DNA of 62,519 nucleotides from Patescibacteria group bacterium. Lineage in GTDB: Bacteria > Patescibacteriota > Patescibacteriia > UBA10025 > JAHIVO01. Below the pieces are notes generated by a model. The model ran no database searches and was not told the origin of the DNA. It was given only the letters and a program-made list of their open reading frames with translations. The stretch's first letter is position 1. Every line of letters begins with the position of its first letter. Positions 34,993 through 44,309 of this stretch are shown piece after piece. The stretch spans positions 1 through 62,519 of the forward strand of contig JADFTK010000001.1 of assembly GCA_022560375.1 (NCBI GenBank), read 5' to 3'. The translations under genes and the position numbers were made by a program.

Positions 34993-36928
34993 TTTTCTCA
35001 GGCCAGCCAAAGGCAAAAGAAAAAAATATAAATGGCAAAAAAAGAAATGGGTTAAATATCTAATTTTTAGTTTACTGACGATTGCTATAGTAGGCACCTC
35101 CTTATTTTTAATTTATAAAAAACCGGCTACCCTTGTTTTTCAAGACAGCCTGGCTGGGAGAGATAATTTTTTGAAAGCTCAGGAGCAGCTCGTCAACCAA
35201 GACTTTACCAAGGCCGGAGAGTCCCTAAATTTAGCAATAAATAATTTTACTAGCGCCCAAAACGAATTTAGTAAATTCAAGTGGCTAAAAATACTACCCT
35301 GGGTGGGAGCTCAACTTTCAGCAGTTGATAATTTGTTAAGTGCCGGAATTAGTACCGGCCAATCAATCCTCATAATAAATGAGATTGCCATATCTATAAT
35401 CTCTCCTTTAGAAAAAAATGAAAATATCAGTTTAAACAGTCTCACACAGGATGAAACTACCCAATTATTAAAACGTATATTTGAGTCTAAATCAGCTTTG
35501 GAGGATGCGAAAGACTCAATCGATAATGCCGTAATATCCGTAAATAATATTCCTGATAAAGGTTTAATTAAAAAAATCAAAGAAGCGGCTGCCCCTTTGA
35601 AAGAAAGGGTTCCTCAGCTACAATCTACGATTGACCAAGCGATATCAGCCAGTCAAATTATCCCTTCTATTGCCGGATATCCTGAAGACAAAACATATTT
35701 ATTCCTTTTACAAAATAATACCGAACTTAGGCCTACCGGCGGATTTATTGGCACCTATGGCATACTAAAGGTTGTCAATGGAGACATAGATAACTTCGTT
35801 ACTGATAATGTTTACAACCTGGACGAGCCAGCAGAAGAGTGGCTATTTGAGGAGCCACCCTGGCCCTTAACTAGATATAACAAGGTGTTTCAATGGTTTT
35901 TTAGGGATTCCAATTGGTCACCTGATTTTCCAACCGCCGCCCAAAAAGCTGAATGGTTTTACCATGCTGAGCGTGGCCCGGAAAAAGATATCGATGGCGT
36001 CATTGCCGTGACCCCTACTTTCATTCAATCATTACTGAGCCTAACGGGCGAAATTAAAGTCAACGGCTTGAATTTTAACAACGAGAATCTGGTAGACACT
36101 CTGCAATTCCAGGTTGACGAGGGTTTTCTGAGACAAGGGATAGAAGAAAGTGCCCGCAAAGAAATAATTGGAGTTTTATCAAAAAAATTACTGGATGGTA
36201 TTTTGGATTTACCCAAAAGTAAGTGGCCTGAATTATGGGAGATATTTACTAAAGATATAAATGAAAAACATATATTAATCTACGTTAAGGATGATTATGT
36301 ACAAAATTTTATAATAAAAGAAAATTGGGGAGGCGCCATAAAACCGGTGGACTATGACTATGTAACTGTTATTGATGCAAACCTAGCCAGTTTAAAATCT
36401 GATCCCGGGGTCAAAAGAACAATATCGTATATGGTTCGCCGGGATTCAGGTAATTTAATCGCCGACTTGTCCATTTCTTATAAAAACGAAGGTACCATAA
36501 CTTGGAAAACTACCAGGTATCGTACATATGTCAGAGTATATGTCCCTAAAGGCGCCAAGCTTCTTAAGTCAGAAGGTGCTATGGTTGACTGTAAAATAAA
36601 AGAAGAAGGAAGCATCGAGCAAACAGAAGAGCATGATAAATCAGTATTTGGCACCTTTATTTGTATTGAGCCGGATGAAGAAAAAATTTTAAAATTAAAA
36701 TACAAATTACCTGATAGCATATATGAAAACTTTAAAAGAAATGATGTCTACCAGCTTCTAGTGCAAAAACAAGCCGGCACAGCAAATTACAATTTAAATA
36801 TCACCATTGATTTAAACAAAAATCCCAAGGCTGTTGAAGGTGTTGACAATTATGAGAAAAGAGATAATAATAAAATTTTGATTTCTACAGACTTAGCGAA
36901 TGATAAGCAATTAGATATATACTATTAA
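34970..36928 (+). CDS. DUF4012-like membrane-anchored extracytoplasmic protein
   Basis: 652 aa with a basic N-terminus plus one TM. The motif LLQNNTELRPTGGFIGTYGILKV is what I recall as the DUF4012 signature. Overlaps the upstream GT2 by 23 nt. Confidence 0.55.
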   Translation: MLHKKRNNFLRPAKGKRKKYKWQKKKWVKYLIFSLLTIAIVGTSLFLIYKKPATLVFQDSLAGRDNFLKAQEQLVNQDFTKAGESLNLAINNFTSAQNEFSKFKWLKILPWVGAQLSAVDNLLSAGISTGQSILIINEIAISIISPLEKNENISLNSLTQDETTQLLKRIFESKSALEDAKDSIDNAVISVNNIPDKGLIKKIKEAAAPLKERVPQLQSTIDQAISASQIIPSIAGYPEDKTYLFLLQNNTELRPTGGFIGTYGILKVVNGDIDNFVTDNVYNLDEPAEEWLFEEPPWPLTRYNKVFQWFFRDSNWSPDFPTAAQKAEWFYHAERGPEKDIDGVIAVTPTFIQSLLSLTGEIKVNGLNFNNENLVDTLQFQVDEGFLRQGIEESARKEIIGVLSKKLLDGILDLPKSKWPELWEIFTKDINEKHILIYVKDDYVQNFIIKENWGGAIKPVDYDYVTVIDANLASLKSDPGVKRTISYMVRRDSGNLIADLSISYKNEGTITWKTTRYRTYVRVYVPKGAKLLKSEGAMVDCKIKEEGSIEQTEEHDKSVFGTFICIEPDEEKILKLKYKLPDSIYENFKRNDVYQLLVQKQAGTANYNLNITIDLNKNPKAVEGVDNYEKRDNNKILISTDLANDKQLDIYY

Positions 36929-36932
36929 TATT

Positions 36933-37940
36933 ATGCTTTCTAAAAAACTAGCAATTGATTTGGGCACAACCTATTCACTAGTCTATTTACCTGGACGTGG
37001 CATAGTCATTAATGAACCCTCGGTGGTAGCAATCTCACTCAGTGATAAAAAAGTAATGGCCGTCGGCCTAGAGGCCAAAGAAATGATCGGACGGACCCCC
37101 GACACTATTGTCGCTTCGAGACCACTAAAAGACGGGGTTATAGCTGACTATCGAACCACCCAGGCCATGATAAAATATTTCATCAATAAAGCCCTGGGGG
37201 GGATAAGGTTTTTCCGCCCGGAGGTGATGATAGCCGTGCCTGCTGGGATTACATCGACTGAGCGCCGAGCTGTTATTGAAGCCACTTTGCAGGCTGGAGC
37301 CAAAGCAGCCTATATCATAAAAGAACCCGTGGCAGCAGCCATCGGAGCAAATATCCCTATTGGGTCAGCCTCTGGACATATGATAGTTGACATAGGAGGC
37401 GGAACCACGGAAGTGGCAGTAATATCGTTAGGTGGAATGGTCGCTAATGCCTCCGTCAGAATAGGAGGCACGAAATTAGATGCTGCCATACAGGAATTCA
37501 TAAGAAAAAAATACAGCCTATCCATCGGTGAGCGCACAGCGGAGGAGCTAAAAATCAGCATAGGATCAGCTTTGCCTTTAGAAGAAGCACAGTACATGGA
37601 TGTTAGGGGCAGGGACTCTATACAAGGATTGCCCAAAACCATCACTGTTGAAAGTGATGACGTAACTGAAGCAATCCAGGACGAATTAGGCGGGATAATT
37701 CAGGCTATTAAATCGGTACTTCAGGAAACTCCACCGGAACTTTCTGCCGACATTATGGACAAAGGCATGGTACTTTCTGGCGGTACCGCCTTGCTGCGCA
37801 ACCTGGATAAATTACTTGCGAGGGCAATTGGAATCCCGGCTTATGTTGCTGATGAAGCACAATTGTGCGTGGCCAAAGGAACCGGCATTGCCTTGGAAAA
37901 CCTGGAGTCATACAAAAAAAGTATTCTGGCTACAAAATAA
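36933..37940 (+). CDS. MreB-like actin homolog, paralog 1 (inside the glycan locus)
   Basis: 335 aa. IDLGTTYSLVY, NEPSVVAI, GRTP, SRPLKDGVIADY, DIGGGTTEVAVISLGG, GGTALLRNLDKLL. By eye about 60% identical to the mreB at 44306. Confidence 0.85.
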   Translation: MLSKKLAIDLGTTYSLVYLPGRGIVINEPSVVAISLSDKKVMAVGLEAKEMIGRTPDTIVASRPLKDGVIADYRTTQAMIKYFINKALGGIRFFRPEVMIAVPAGITSTERRAVIEATLQAGAKAAYIIKEPVAAAIGANIPIGSASGHMIVDIGGGTTEVAVISLGGMVANASVRIGGTKLDAAIQEFIRKKYSLSIGERTAEELKISIGSALPLEEAQYMDVRGRDSIQGLPKTITVESDDVTEAIQDELGGIIQAIKSVLQETPPELSADIMDKGMVLSGGTALLRNLDKLLARAIGIPAYVADEAQLCVAKGTGIALENLESYKKSILATK

Positions 37941-39139
37941 TGATTATCGGCATAGACGCTTCACGGGCAAATGTAAAAAATCGGACAGGCACTGAATGGT
38001 ACGCCTACTATCTGATCGAAGAATTTAAAAAAATGGCTGATCCGAAGGATCAGTTTATTTTGTACTCCAAGGAAGTCCTGCAAGGATCACTAGGTAATCT
38101 ACCTCATAACTTCACCAGCAAAGTACTTAGCTGGCCCCCAGGACTACTGTGGACACAAATTAGATTAGCCTGGGAGATGCTATGGCATGCTCCTGACGCG
38201 TTGTTCGTGCCAGCACATACTATCCCCATTATTACTCCTTCCCGGACCATAACCACACTACATGACATTGGTTTTGAAAAATACGAGCATTTATACAAAA
38301 ATAAGGAGATTGGTCCCCATAATTACTTATTGAGAAAAATACTCAAATTCCTAGTTCGCTTATTCACCTTGGGGAAGTATAGTACGACCGAGCTTGATTA
38401 TCACCGTTGGTCCACGCGATTAGCTCTAAAGAAAGCCTCCCAGGTCATCACCATATCACAATTCTCTAAGCAGGAGATTGTCAGTAAATTTGGAATTAAG
38501 GAATCTCTCCTCGTGGTAATTCCGAATGGATTCAGCCCGTCATATGTACATATTACTGACTCTTATAAAATTAATTCCGTACTAAAAAAATATAGCCTTG
38601 ATTCACCGTATTTTCTGTTTATTGGACGATTAGAAGAGAAGAAAAATATTACAGGTCTGCTAGAGGGATTCTCATACTATAAAAAAAGATTCGATTCCGC
38701 CGCCAAAATGATTTTGGTCGGAACACCCGGACATGGATTTAAAAAAATTCAGGATACAATAAATGCCCATTCTCTTTCGGATAGTGTGATGCTGCCCGGC
38801 TGGATAGGTGAGGATGAATTAAATTTACTCATGAACGGAGCAGATATATTTATATTTCCCTCATGGTATGAGGGCTTTGGCATGCCAATCTTAGAGGCTA
38901 TGGCCTGTGGTACTCCTGTCATTACCTCCAATAGGGGTGCCACCAAAGAAACTGCTGGCCAGGCAGCCTATCTCGTTGACCCCGCCAATGCTACTGAGAT
39001 TGGGGAAGGTATTAATAAAATATTATCAGACCACAATCTCCGAGACCATCTTATTGATCAAGGCTTTAAAAGAATAAAAAAATACTCCTGGTCGAATACG
39101 GCACGTCAGGTACTTAAGATTATCACGATTCCTAAATAA
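37940..39139 (+). CDS. glycosyltransferase family 4
   Basis: ATG 37940 overlaps the mreB-paralog stop (TAATG) and starts MIIGIDASRA.... C-terminal PSWYEGFGMPILEAMACGTPVITSN. Confidence 0.8.
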   Translation: MIIGIDASRANVKNRTGTEWYAYYLIEEFKKMADPKDQFILYSKEVLQGSLGNLPHNFTSKVLSWPPGLLWTQIRLAWEMLWHAPDALFVPAHTIPIITPSRTITTLHDIGFEKYEHLYKNKEIGPHNYLLRKILKFLVRLFTLGKYSTTELDYHRWSTRLALKKASQVITISQFSKQEIVSKFGIKESLLVVIPNGFSPSYVHITDSYKINSVLKKYSLDSPYFLFIGRLEEKKNITGLLEGFSYYKKRFDSAAKMILVGTPGHGFKKIQDTINAHSLSDSVMLPGWIGEDELNLLMNGADIFIFPSWYEGFGMPILEAMACGTPVITSNRGATKETAGQAAYLVDPANATEIGEGINKILSDHNLRDHLIDQGFKRIKKYSWSNTARQVLKIITIPK

Positions 39140-39198
39140 ACTACGCCCTAATGTACTAAACCGCCAACTTGCCAAACAAGGGCATTTATGTTACTTTA

Positions 39199-39207
39199 TG
39201 GTATACT
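39199..39207 (+). promoter_or_regulatory. extended -10 promoter TGgTATACT close to the holB start
   Basis: TG 39199-200, TATACT 39202-07, ATG 39218 ten nt downstream. Confidence 0.4.
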
Positions 39208-39217
39208 AATCACCAAT

Positions 39218-40231
39218 ATGACACCTGTAAAATATAAAGAACTATATAGTTGGCCCATTCTAGGCCACAGCCATATCATCAAATTTTTACAAACTTGTAT
39301 TACTAGAGACTCATTATCACACGCTTATTTATTTCATGGGCAAAAGTATACAGGCAAATTTCTCACCACAACCTTTTTTTCCAGCTCAATCTTATGCCAA
39401 TCGAGCAATAAAATTAAGCCTTGTGGGTCCTGCTCGTCATGCCAGCAATTAAAAAGAAATATTCATCCTGACCTTACCCTGCTAACACCTGAGGAGGATA
39501 AAAAAAATATTTCCATTGAACAAATAAGAAATTTACAGCACGTCTTATCACTTCGATCTTTTTTAACGAGCTATAAAATAGCTATAATCGATAATGCTGA
39601 TTCCATGACAGAGGCAGCAGCTAATGCTTTACTCAAAACACTCGAGGAGCCACCGCCAAAAACCATACTTATTCTCATTGCGGAATCCTTGACCAATCTT
39701 CCAAGAACCATAGTTTCTCGCTGCCAAACAATTCAATTCAATGTTATAGCCACTGAAAAAATTACCAACTGGCTAACCTCCCAGGGGAAAAGCAAGCGAG
39801 AAGCGCAAATAATCGCCAGATATGCCAATGGTAGAATAGGCAAAGCGGAAATATTAAGCTCTAATGATGACATCCTGAACTCCTACAAAGATAGGGTGAA
39901 ACTACTACTAGAAATTATCAAATCCAATACCAATCAAAAATTCGCTATAATTAATTCCATGCTACCAAAACAAATTACACTATCCGCCTATGGTGAAATT
40001 AATTCACTGCTTGATGATTGGCTGACCTTGTTTAGAGATATTTTTCTGGCAAAAAATAATAAATCTCTGATAACAAATTTTAATTTACAGGATACTTTAG
40101 TAAAAATATCTGATAATTATAGCTATAAAAAACTTATCCATATTATTAATAACATTATAAGATCAAAAAAACTAATTAAATATCAAGTAAGCCCAAAACT
40201 CATTTTTGAAAACTTGGCCCTATCTTTATAA
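39218..40231 (+). CDS. holB: DNA polymerase III delta-prime subunit
   Basis: W.ILGH......L...I....LSHAYLFHG with degenerate P-loop. Zn module CGSCSSCQQL...HPD. NALLKTLEEPP, SRCQ. The track start 39188 lies upstream of the -10 box. Confidence 0.8.
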   Translation: MTPVKYKELYSWPILGHSHIIKFLQTCITRDSLSHAYLFHGQKYTGKFLTTTFFSSSILCQSSNKIKPCGSCSSCQQLKRNIHPDLTLLTPEEDKKNISIEQIRNLQHVLSLRSFLTSYKIAIIDNADSMTEAAANALLKTLEEPPPKTILILIAESLTNLPRTIVSRCQTIQFNVIATEKITNWLTSQGKSKREAQIIARYANGRIGKAEILSSNDDILNSYKDRVKLLLEIIKSNTNQKFAIINSMLPKQITLSAYGEINSLLDDWLTLFRDIFLAKNNKSLITNFNLQDTLVKISDNYSYKKLIHIINNIIRSKKLIKYQVSPKLIFENLALSL

Positions 40232-40235
40232 TTGA

Positions 40236-41288
40236 ATGAAAAAATCTGTACTCATTATTGGAATTTTATTTCTAGGCCTATTGGTTACTGGCGCTACTAG
40301 CTGTAATATAAAAAGTAAAAGCACCGCCTCTGACGGTGGCGTTTATCAGTCTACAGACTTCGGAGAAAACTGGAAGCAAATAATTACTATTGCCAAGGCA
40401 GAAAAGGAAGGACAGAATATTGGTAACATTGACACCAGATTTATAACTTTTGACTCGGCTAACGAGAATTTGATGTACTTAAATACTACCGGAAATGGTA
40501 TATTTGCCTCCACTAATAAAGGTACCACGTGGAGACAAACTTCTTTATCGACGGGGACTTATGCTAGTTTAAGTATTGATGCCAGAAATAACAATGTAAT
40601 CTATACAACTCAGGGTTCGAAAATACTAAAAACTGTAGATGGCATGAAATCCTGGCACGAAATATATACCGAAACAAGGCCAGGCCAAAAAATTGTTTCA
40701 GTGGTTGTTGATCCTTTCCAATCTAACATCATATACGCAGCCACCACAACCAGCATTATAAAAAGTATTGATTTCGGAAATACCTGGAAGCTGCTGGGCT
40801 GGGAAAAGACCCAAATTATAAGTTTGCACGTTAGTAAAATTAACAACCAGACACTTTATGCCCGAGTTAATGGCGGGATATATAAATCTACCAACGCAGC
40901 TATTGACTGGACGATAGTCAGTGAGGGATTGAAAGAATTCAGAGGGGGGACAAGCATCCACTGGTTTAATTTTGATCCAAATACGGAAATAATTTTCTTG
41001 GGTACTGGGTTTGGCATTATTAAAAGTACCGATCGGGCTCAAACTTGGGTAGCGATTCCAACGCTATTTGATTTTAGAAAAATCCCTATTAAAACCGTTA
41101 TTTACCATCCGGAAAACCTTAACAAAATTATATTCAGTGTTAATAATGTACTCCACAAAACTGATGATGGTGGTAAAACATGGAAAACCCTAAAAACCGT
41201 TAGGACGACTAGGACTATTACCTATATGGTTACTGATCCGTCTATTGATGATTTAATTTTTCTTGGCACTACCAGACCGGCCAAATAA
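40236..41288 (+). CDS. lipoprotein with seven BNR/Asp-box-like repeats (beta-propeller, Ycf48/sortilin-like)
   Basis: Lipobox LVTGATSC. Repeats: STDFGENW, STNKGTTW, TVDGMKSW, SIDFGNTW, STNAAIDW, STDRAQTW, TDDGGKTW. Confidence 0.65.
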   Translation: MKKSVLIIGILFLGLLVTGATSCNIKSKSTASDGGVYQSTDFGENWKQIITIAKAEKEGQNIGNIDTRFITFDSANENLMYLNTTGNGIFASTNKGTTWRQTSLSTGTYASLSIDARNNNVIYTTQGSKILKTVDGMKSWHEIYTETRPGQKIVSVVVDPFQSNIIYAATTTSIIKSIDFGNTWKLLGWEKTQIISLHVSKINNQTLYARVNGGIYKSTNAAIDWTIVSEGLKEFRGGTSIHWFNFDPNTEIIFLGTGFGIIKSTDRAQTWVAIPTLFDFRKIPIKTVIYHPENLNKIIFSVNNVLHKTDDGGKTWKTLKTVRTTRTITYMVTDPSIDDLIFLGTTRPAK

Positions 41289-41298
41289 CCTAATTTAT

Positions 41299-41850
41299 AT
41301 GTCAATAATTGAAGACAAGGAGCACCTTTTCGAAGATGCAACTAAACATTTAAAAGAAGAACTAAAAAATATTCAAACCGGACGGGCCAATCCTACACTT
41401 GTCGAAAATATTAGTGTAGATTATTATGGCACCAAAACACCTCTCCAAGAGCTGGCAGCTATTACTACCCCAGACTCCAGGTCAATACTTATACAACCCT
41501 GGGATAAAAATATATCCAAAGAAATAGAAAAAGCTATAACCTCGTCTAACCTGGGAATAAATCCTGTCGGCGAAGGTAATATGATTAGGCTACCCATACC
41601 ACCTCTGACTGAAGAGCGCCGTAAAGAGCTTAGTAAAAATGTAAGTAAATTGGCAGAATCCGCTAAAGTAAGCATCAGAAATGTCAGGGAGGAAATATGG
41701 CGTACCATAAAAAACCAAAAAACTTCAGGTGATATTACTGAAGATGATCAATTTGCCTTTCAAAAAAAATTGCAAGAGAAGGTTGATTACTTTAATAAAA
41801 ATATAAAATCTATTAGCGAGGCAAAAGAAAAAGAAATAATGACCATTTAA
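41299..41850 (+). CDS. frr: ribosome recycling factor
   Basis: From the internal Met (MSIIEDKEH...): ...L..IQTGRANP.L.E.I.VDYYG..TPL.ELA.I..PD.R...IQPWDK. Confidence 0.88.
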   Translation: MSIIEDKEHLFEDATKHLKEELKNIQTGRANPTLVENISVDYYGTKTPLQELAAITTPDSRSILIQPWDKNISKEIEKAITSSNLGINPVGEGNMIRLPIPPLTEERRKELSKNVSKLAESAKVSIRNVREEIWRTIKNQKTSGDITEDDQFAFQKKLQEKVDYFNKNIKSISEAKEKEIMTI

Positions 41851-41855
41851 ATAAT

Positions 41856-43058
41856 ATGCTTTTAACAATTATTTTATTTATTGCTATTCTGAGCGTTCTT
41901 GTTTTTGTCCACGAACTAGGGCACTACCTATCCGCGAGAAAAATGGGTATGGGAGTTGATGAGTTCGGCCTTGGTTTCCCGCCGAGACTTATTGGATTCC
42001 AAAAATTAAATAAAAAAGGTGACAATGATGGGAAGGCTCAAAAAAAGTGGCGTTTAATCAAGGGACCTCGCCAACCAAAAGAAATACCCGGGAGTGAGGA
42101 CAGCACGATATATTCAATAAATTGGATTCCGCTAGGTGGATTTGTAAAAATCAAGGGTGAGCAAGGAGAAAATTCCGAAGAGGAAAACAGCTTTGTTCAT
42201 AAAAAAATATGGCAGAGAATGATCGTCATCGCTGCCGGAGTTGTGATGAATCTTATTTTTGCTTTTGTAATCATATCCATCGGTTTCTCCATAGGGTTAC
42301 CAAGCATGGCTAACGAGGATTTACCACCCCAGGCAAAAATTAGTGATCCAGTCCTACAAATAGTACAAATACAGGACGAAACGCCAGCCTCCATAGCTGG
42401 GGTAAAAGCAGGGGACTTTATCATTAATGTGGATGGTCAAACAATACTAACAACGAGTGAATTCCAAAATTATACAAAAACAAGAATCAATGAGACTCTC
42501 CAATTAACTGTCAAAAGAGGGTCTAAGGAATTATCAATAGAACTAATACCCCAGGATATTGATGAAAGCGGAGAAGGTAAAATAGGAGTTTACCTGGCAG
42601 AGACTGCCATTGTTAGCTACCCCTGGTACTTAGCGATTTGGATGGGCCTGAAAACAACCATTTCAATCACCGGACAAATTATAGCGGCCTTTTATAACTT
42701 GATTAGTGATTGGATAATGCGGCAGCCAATTGCGGTTGATATTGCTGGTCCAATAGGCATCGCCGCATTAACCGGCCAGGTGGCCCAATTAGGAGCCATA
42801 TACATATTACAATTCGCTGCTATTTTATCTATCAATCTGGCAATAATAAATTCGGTGCCTTTCCCGGCACTAGACGGCGGGCGGTTTTTATTTTTGGCCA
42901 TTGAAAAAATTAGAGGCAAGGCCATGAATCAGCGTCTCGAAAACATAATCAACAATACTGGTTTTCTCATTTTAATAGGGTTGGTACTATTGGTTACTGT
43001 CCAGGATATTTCAAGATTTAGTGACACCATAAAATCATTTTTTTCAAACATATTTTAA
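41856..43058 (+). CDS. rseP: site-2 protease RseP (M50 family) with PDZ domain
   Basis: HELGHY zinc motif, PDZ-like PASIAGVKAGDFII.VDG, C-terminal NL.IINSVPFPALDGGR. Confidence 0.88.
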   Translation: MLLTIILFIAILSVLVFVHELGHYLSARKMGMGVDEFGLGFPPRLIGFQKLNKKGDNDGKAQKKWRLIKGPRQPKEIPGSEDSTIYSINWIPLGGFVKIKGEQGENSEEENSFVHKKIWQRMIVIAAGVVMNLIFAFVIISIGFSIGLPSMANEDLPPQAKISDPVLQIVQIQDETPASIAGVKAGDFIINVDGQTILTTSEFQNYTKTRINETLQLTVKRGSKELSIELIPQDIDESGEGKIGVYLAETAIVSYPWYLAIWMGLKTTISITGQIIAAFYNLISDWIMRQPIAVDIAGPIGIAALTGQVAQLGAIYILQFAAILSINLAIINSVPFPALDGGRFLFLAIEKIRGKAMNQRLENIINNTGFLILIGLVLLVTVQDISRFSDTIKSFFSNIF

Positions 43059-43067
43059 TAAGATGAT

Positions 43068-44309
43068 ATGTACCAGTCTCATTACTTCCTAAAAACCCAG
43101 TATTCAGCCCCAAAAAATGAAGTATCCAGGAACGCTCAGCTACTTGAGCAAGCTGGATTCATCAGCAAACTAATGGCAGGTGTCTACACATTCCTGCCAA
43201 TGGGATGGCGCGTACTAAAAAAAATTGAAGGTATCATAAGGGTGGAGATGAATAAAGCCGGGGGGCAGGAACTAAATATGCCTGCTTTGCACCCTATTGA
43301 AAATTACATAACTACCGGCCGGCAAGATATTGATATCATATTCCATTTACAATCAAAAAGTGAAAAAAAAATGGTCTTAGGCCAAAGCCACGAAGAAATT
43401 ATTGTACCCCTGGTAAAAAAATATTTAACTTCCTACAGAGATCTGCCCCTGTATCTGTATCAAATTCAAACAAAATTTAGAGACGAATTACGGGCAAAAT
43501 CGGGAATATTACGTACTAGAGAATTTATCATGAAAGACTTGTACTCATTCCATGCTGAGCAGTCTGATTTTGAGAAGTATTATTCAAAAATGAAAAAATC
43601 CTACTCTAATATAATGAATGATGTTGGACTTGGTAATATTACCTATCTAACCGCCGCCTCAGGAGGCACGTTTTCAAAATATTCACATGAATTTCAAACT
43701 GTCACGGAAAATGGTGAAGATACAATTCACTTGTGTAGAAATTGTAAGACGGCAGTGAATGATGAAATATTCGATAAAAAGAATAGCTGCCCAGAATGTG
43801 GTAATAAGGAAATGGAAAAGAAAAAATCAATAGAGGTCGGTAATATCTTTCCCCTACAGTCCAATTTCTCCGATAAATTCCATCTTACTTTTACTGACAA
43901 GCAAGGTAAGCAAAGACCGGTAATAATGGGCTGCTACGGCATTGGGTTAGGGCGATTGATGGGTGCAGTTACTGAGATACATAACGATAAGGACGGTATC
44001 CTCTGGCCTAAGTCACTAACTCCATGGCAGGTACACTTACTTTCTCTGGGAAATGATGAAAGCCTAGATATTGAAGCCAAGAAAACATACGAAATATTGA
44101 AAAAAAATAACATCGAAGTTTTGTACGACGATCGCCAGGAATCCGCGGGAAAAAAACTTAAGGACGCTGACCTAATAGGCATTCCCATACGCCTAGTGGT
44201 CAGTAATAAAACAAAAAGCAGTATAGAAATTAAATACAGGAATAAAAGTAGCGCTAAACTGCAATCCCTTAGCCAAGTAACCAAAGAAGTGAAGGAGTAC
44301 TACCAGTGA
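43068..44309 (+). CDS. proS: proline--tRNA ligase lacking the INS editing domain, with a Cys4 zinc-ribbon insert
   Basis: AGFISKLMAGVYTFLPMGWRVLKKIE.IIR.EMN and YQIQTKFRDELRAKSGILRTREFIMKDLYSFH match bacterial ProRS. Only 413 aa. Insert: CRNCKTAV...NSCPECG. Confidence 0.85.
   Translation: MYQSHYFLKTQYSAPKNEVSRNAQLLEQAGFISKLMAGVYTFLPMGWRVLKKIEGIIRVEMNKAGGQELNMPALHPIENYITTGRQDIDIIFHLQSKSEKKMVLGQSHEEIIVPLVKKYLTSYRDLPLYLYQIQTKFRDELRAKSGILRTREFIMKDLYSFHAEQSDFEKYYSKMKKSYSNIMNDVGLGNITYLTAASGGTFSKYSHEFQTVTENGEDTIHLCRNCKTAVNDEIFDKKNSCPECGNKEMEKKKSIEVGNIFPLQSNFSDKFHLTFTDKQGKQRPVIMGCYGIGLGRLMGAVTEIHNDKDGILWPKSLTPWQVHLLSLGNDESLDIEAKKTYEILKKNNIEVLYDDRQESAGKKLKDADLIGIPIRLVVSNKTKSSIEIKYRNKSSAKLQSLSQVTKEVKEYYQ

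Noticed and set aside
37865-37939. ORF-track start at 37865 for the GT4 gene, giving a 25-aa N-terminal extension overlapping the mreB paralog.
   Set aside because: The extension (MRGQRNRHCLGKPGVIQKKYSGYKI) is the alternate frame of the conserved MreB C-terminus. ATG 37940 gives a typical GT4 start (MIIGIDAS...) and a TAATG coupling.
41263-41298. ORF-track start 41263 for frr, overlapping the upstream lipoprotein gene by 26 nt.
   Set aside because: The internal Met at 41299 gives the canonical RRF length (183 aa) and N-terminus. The 12 extra residues have no counterpart in RRF.
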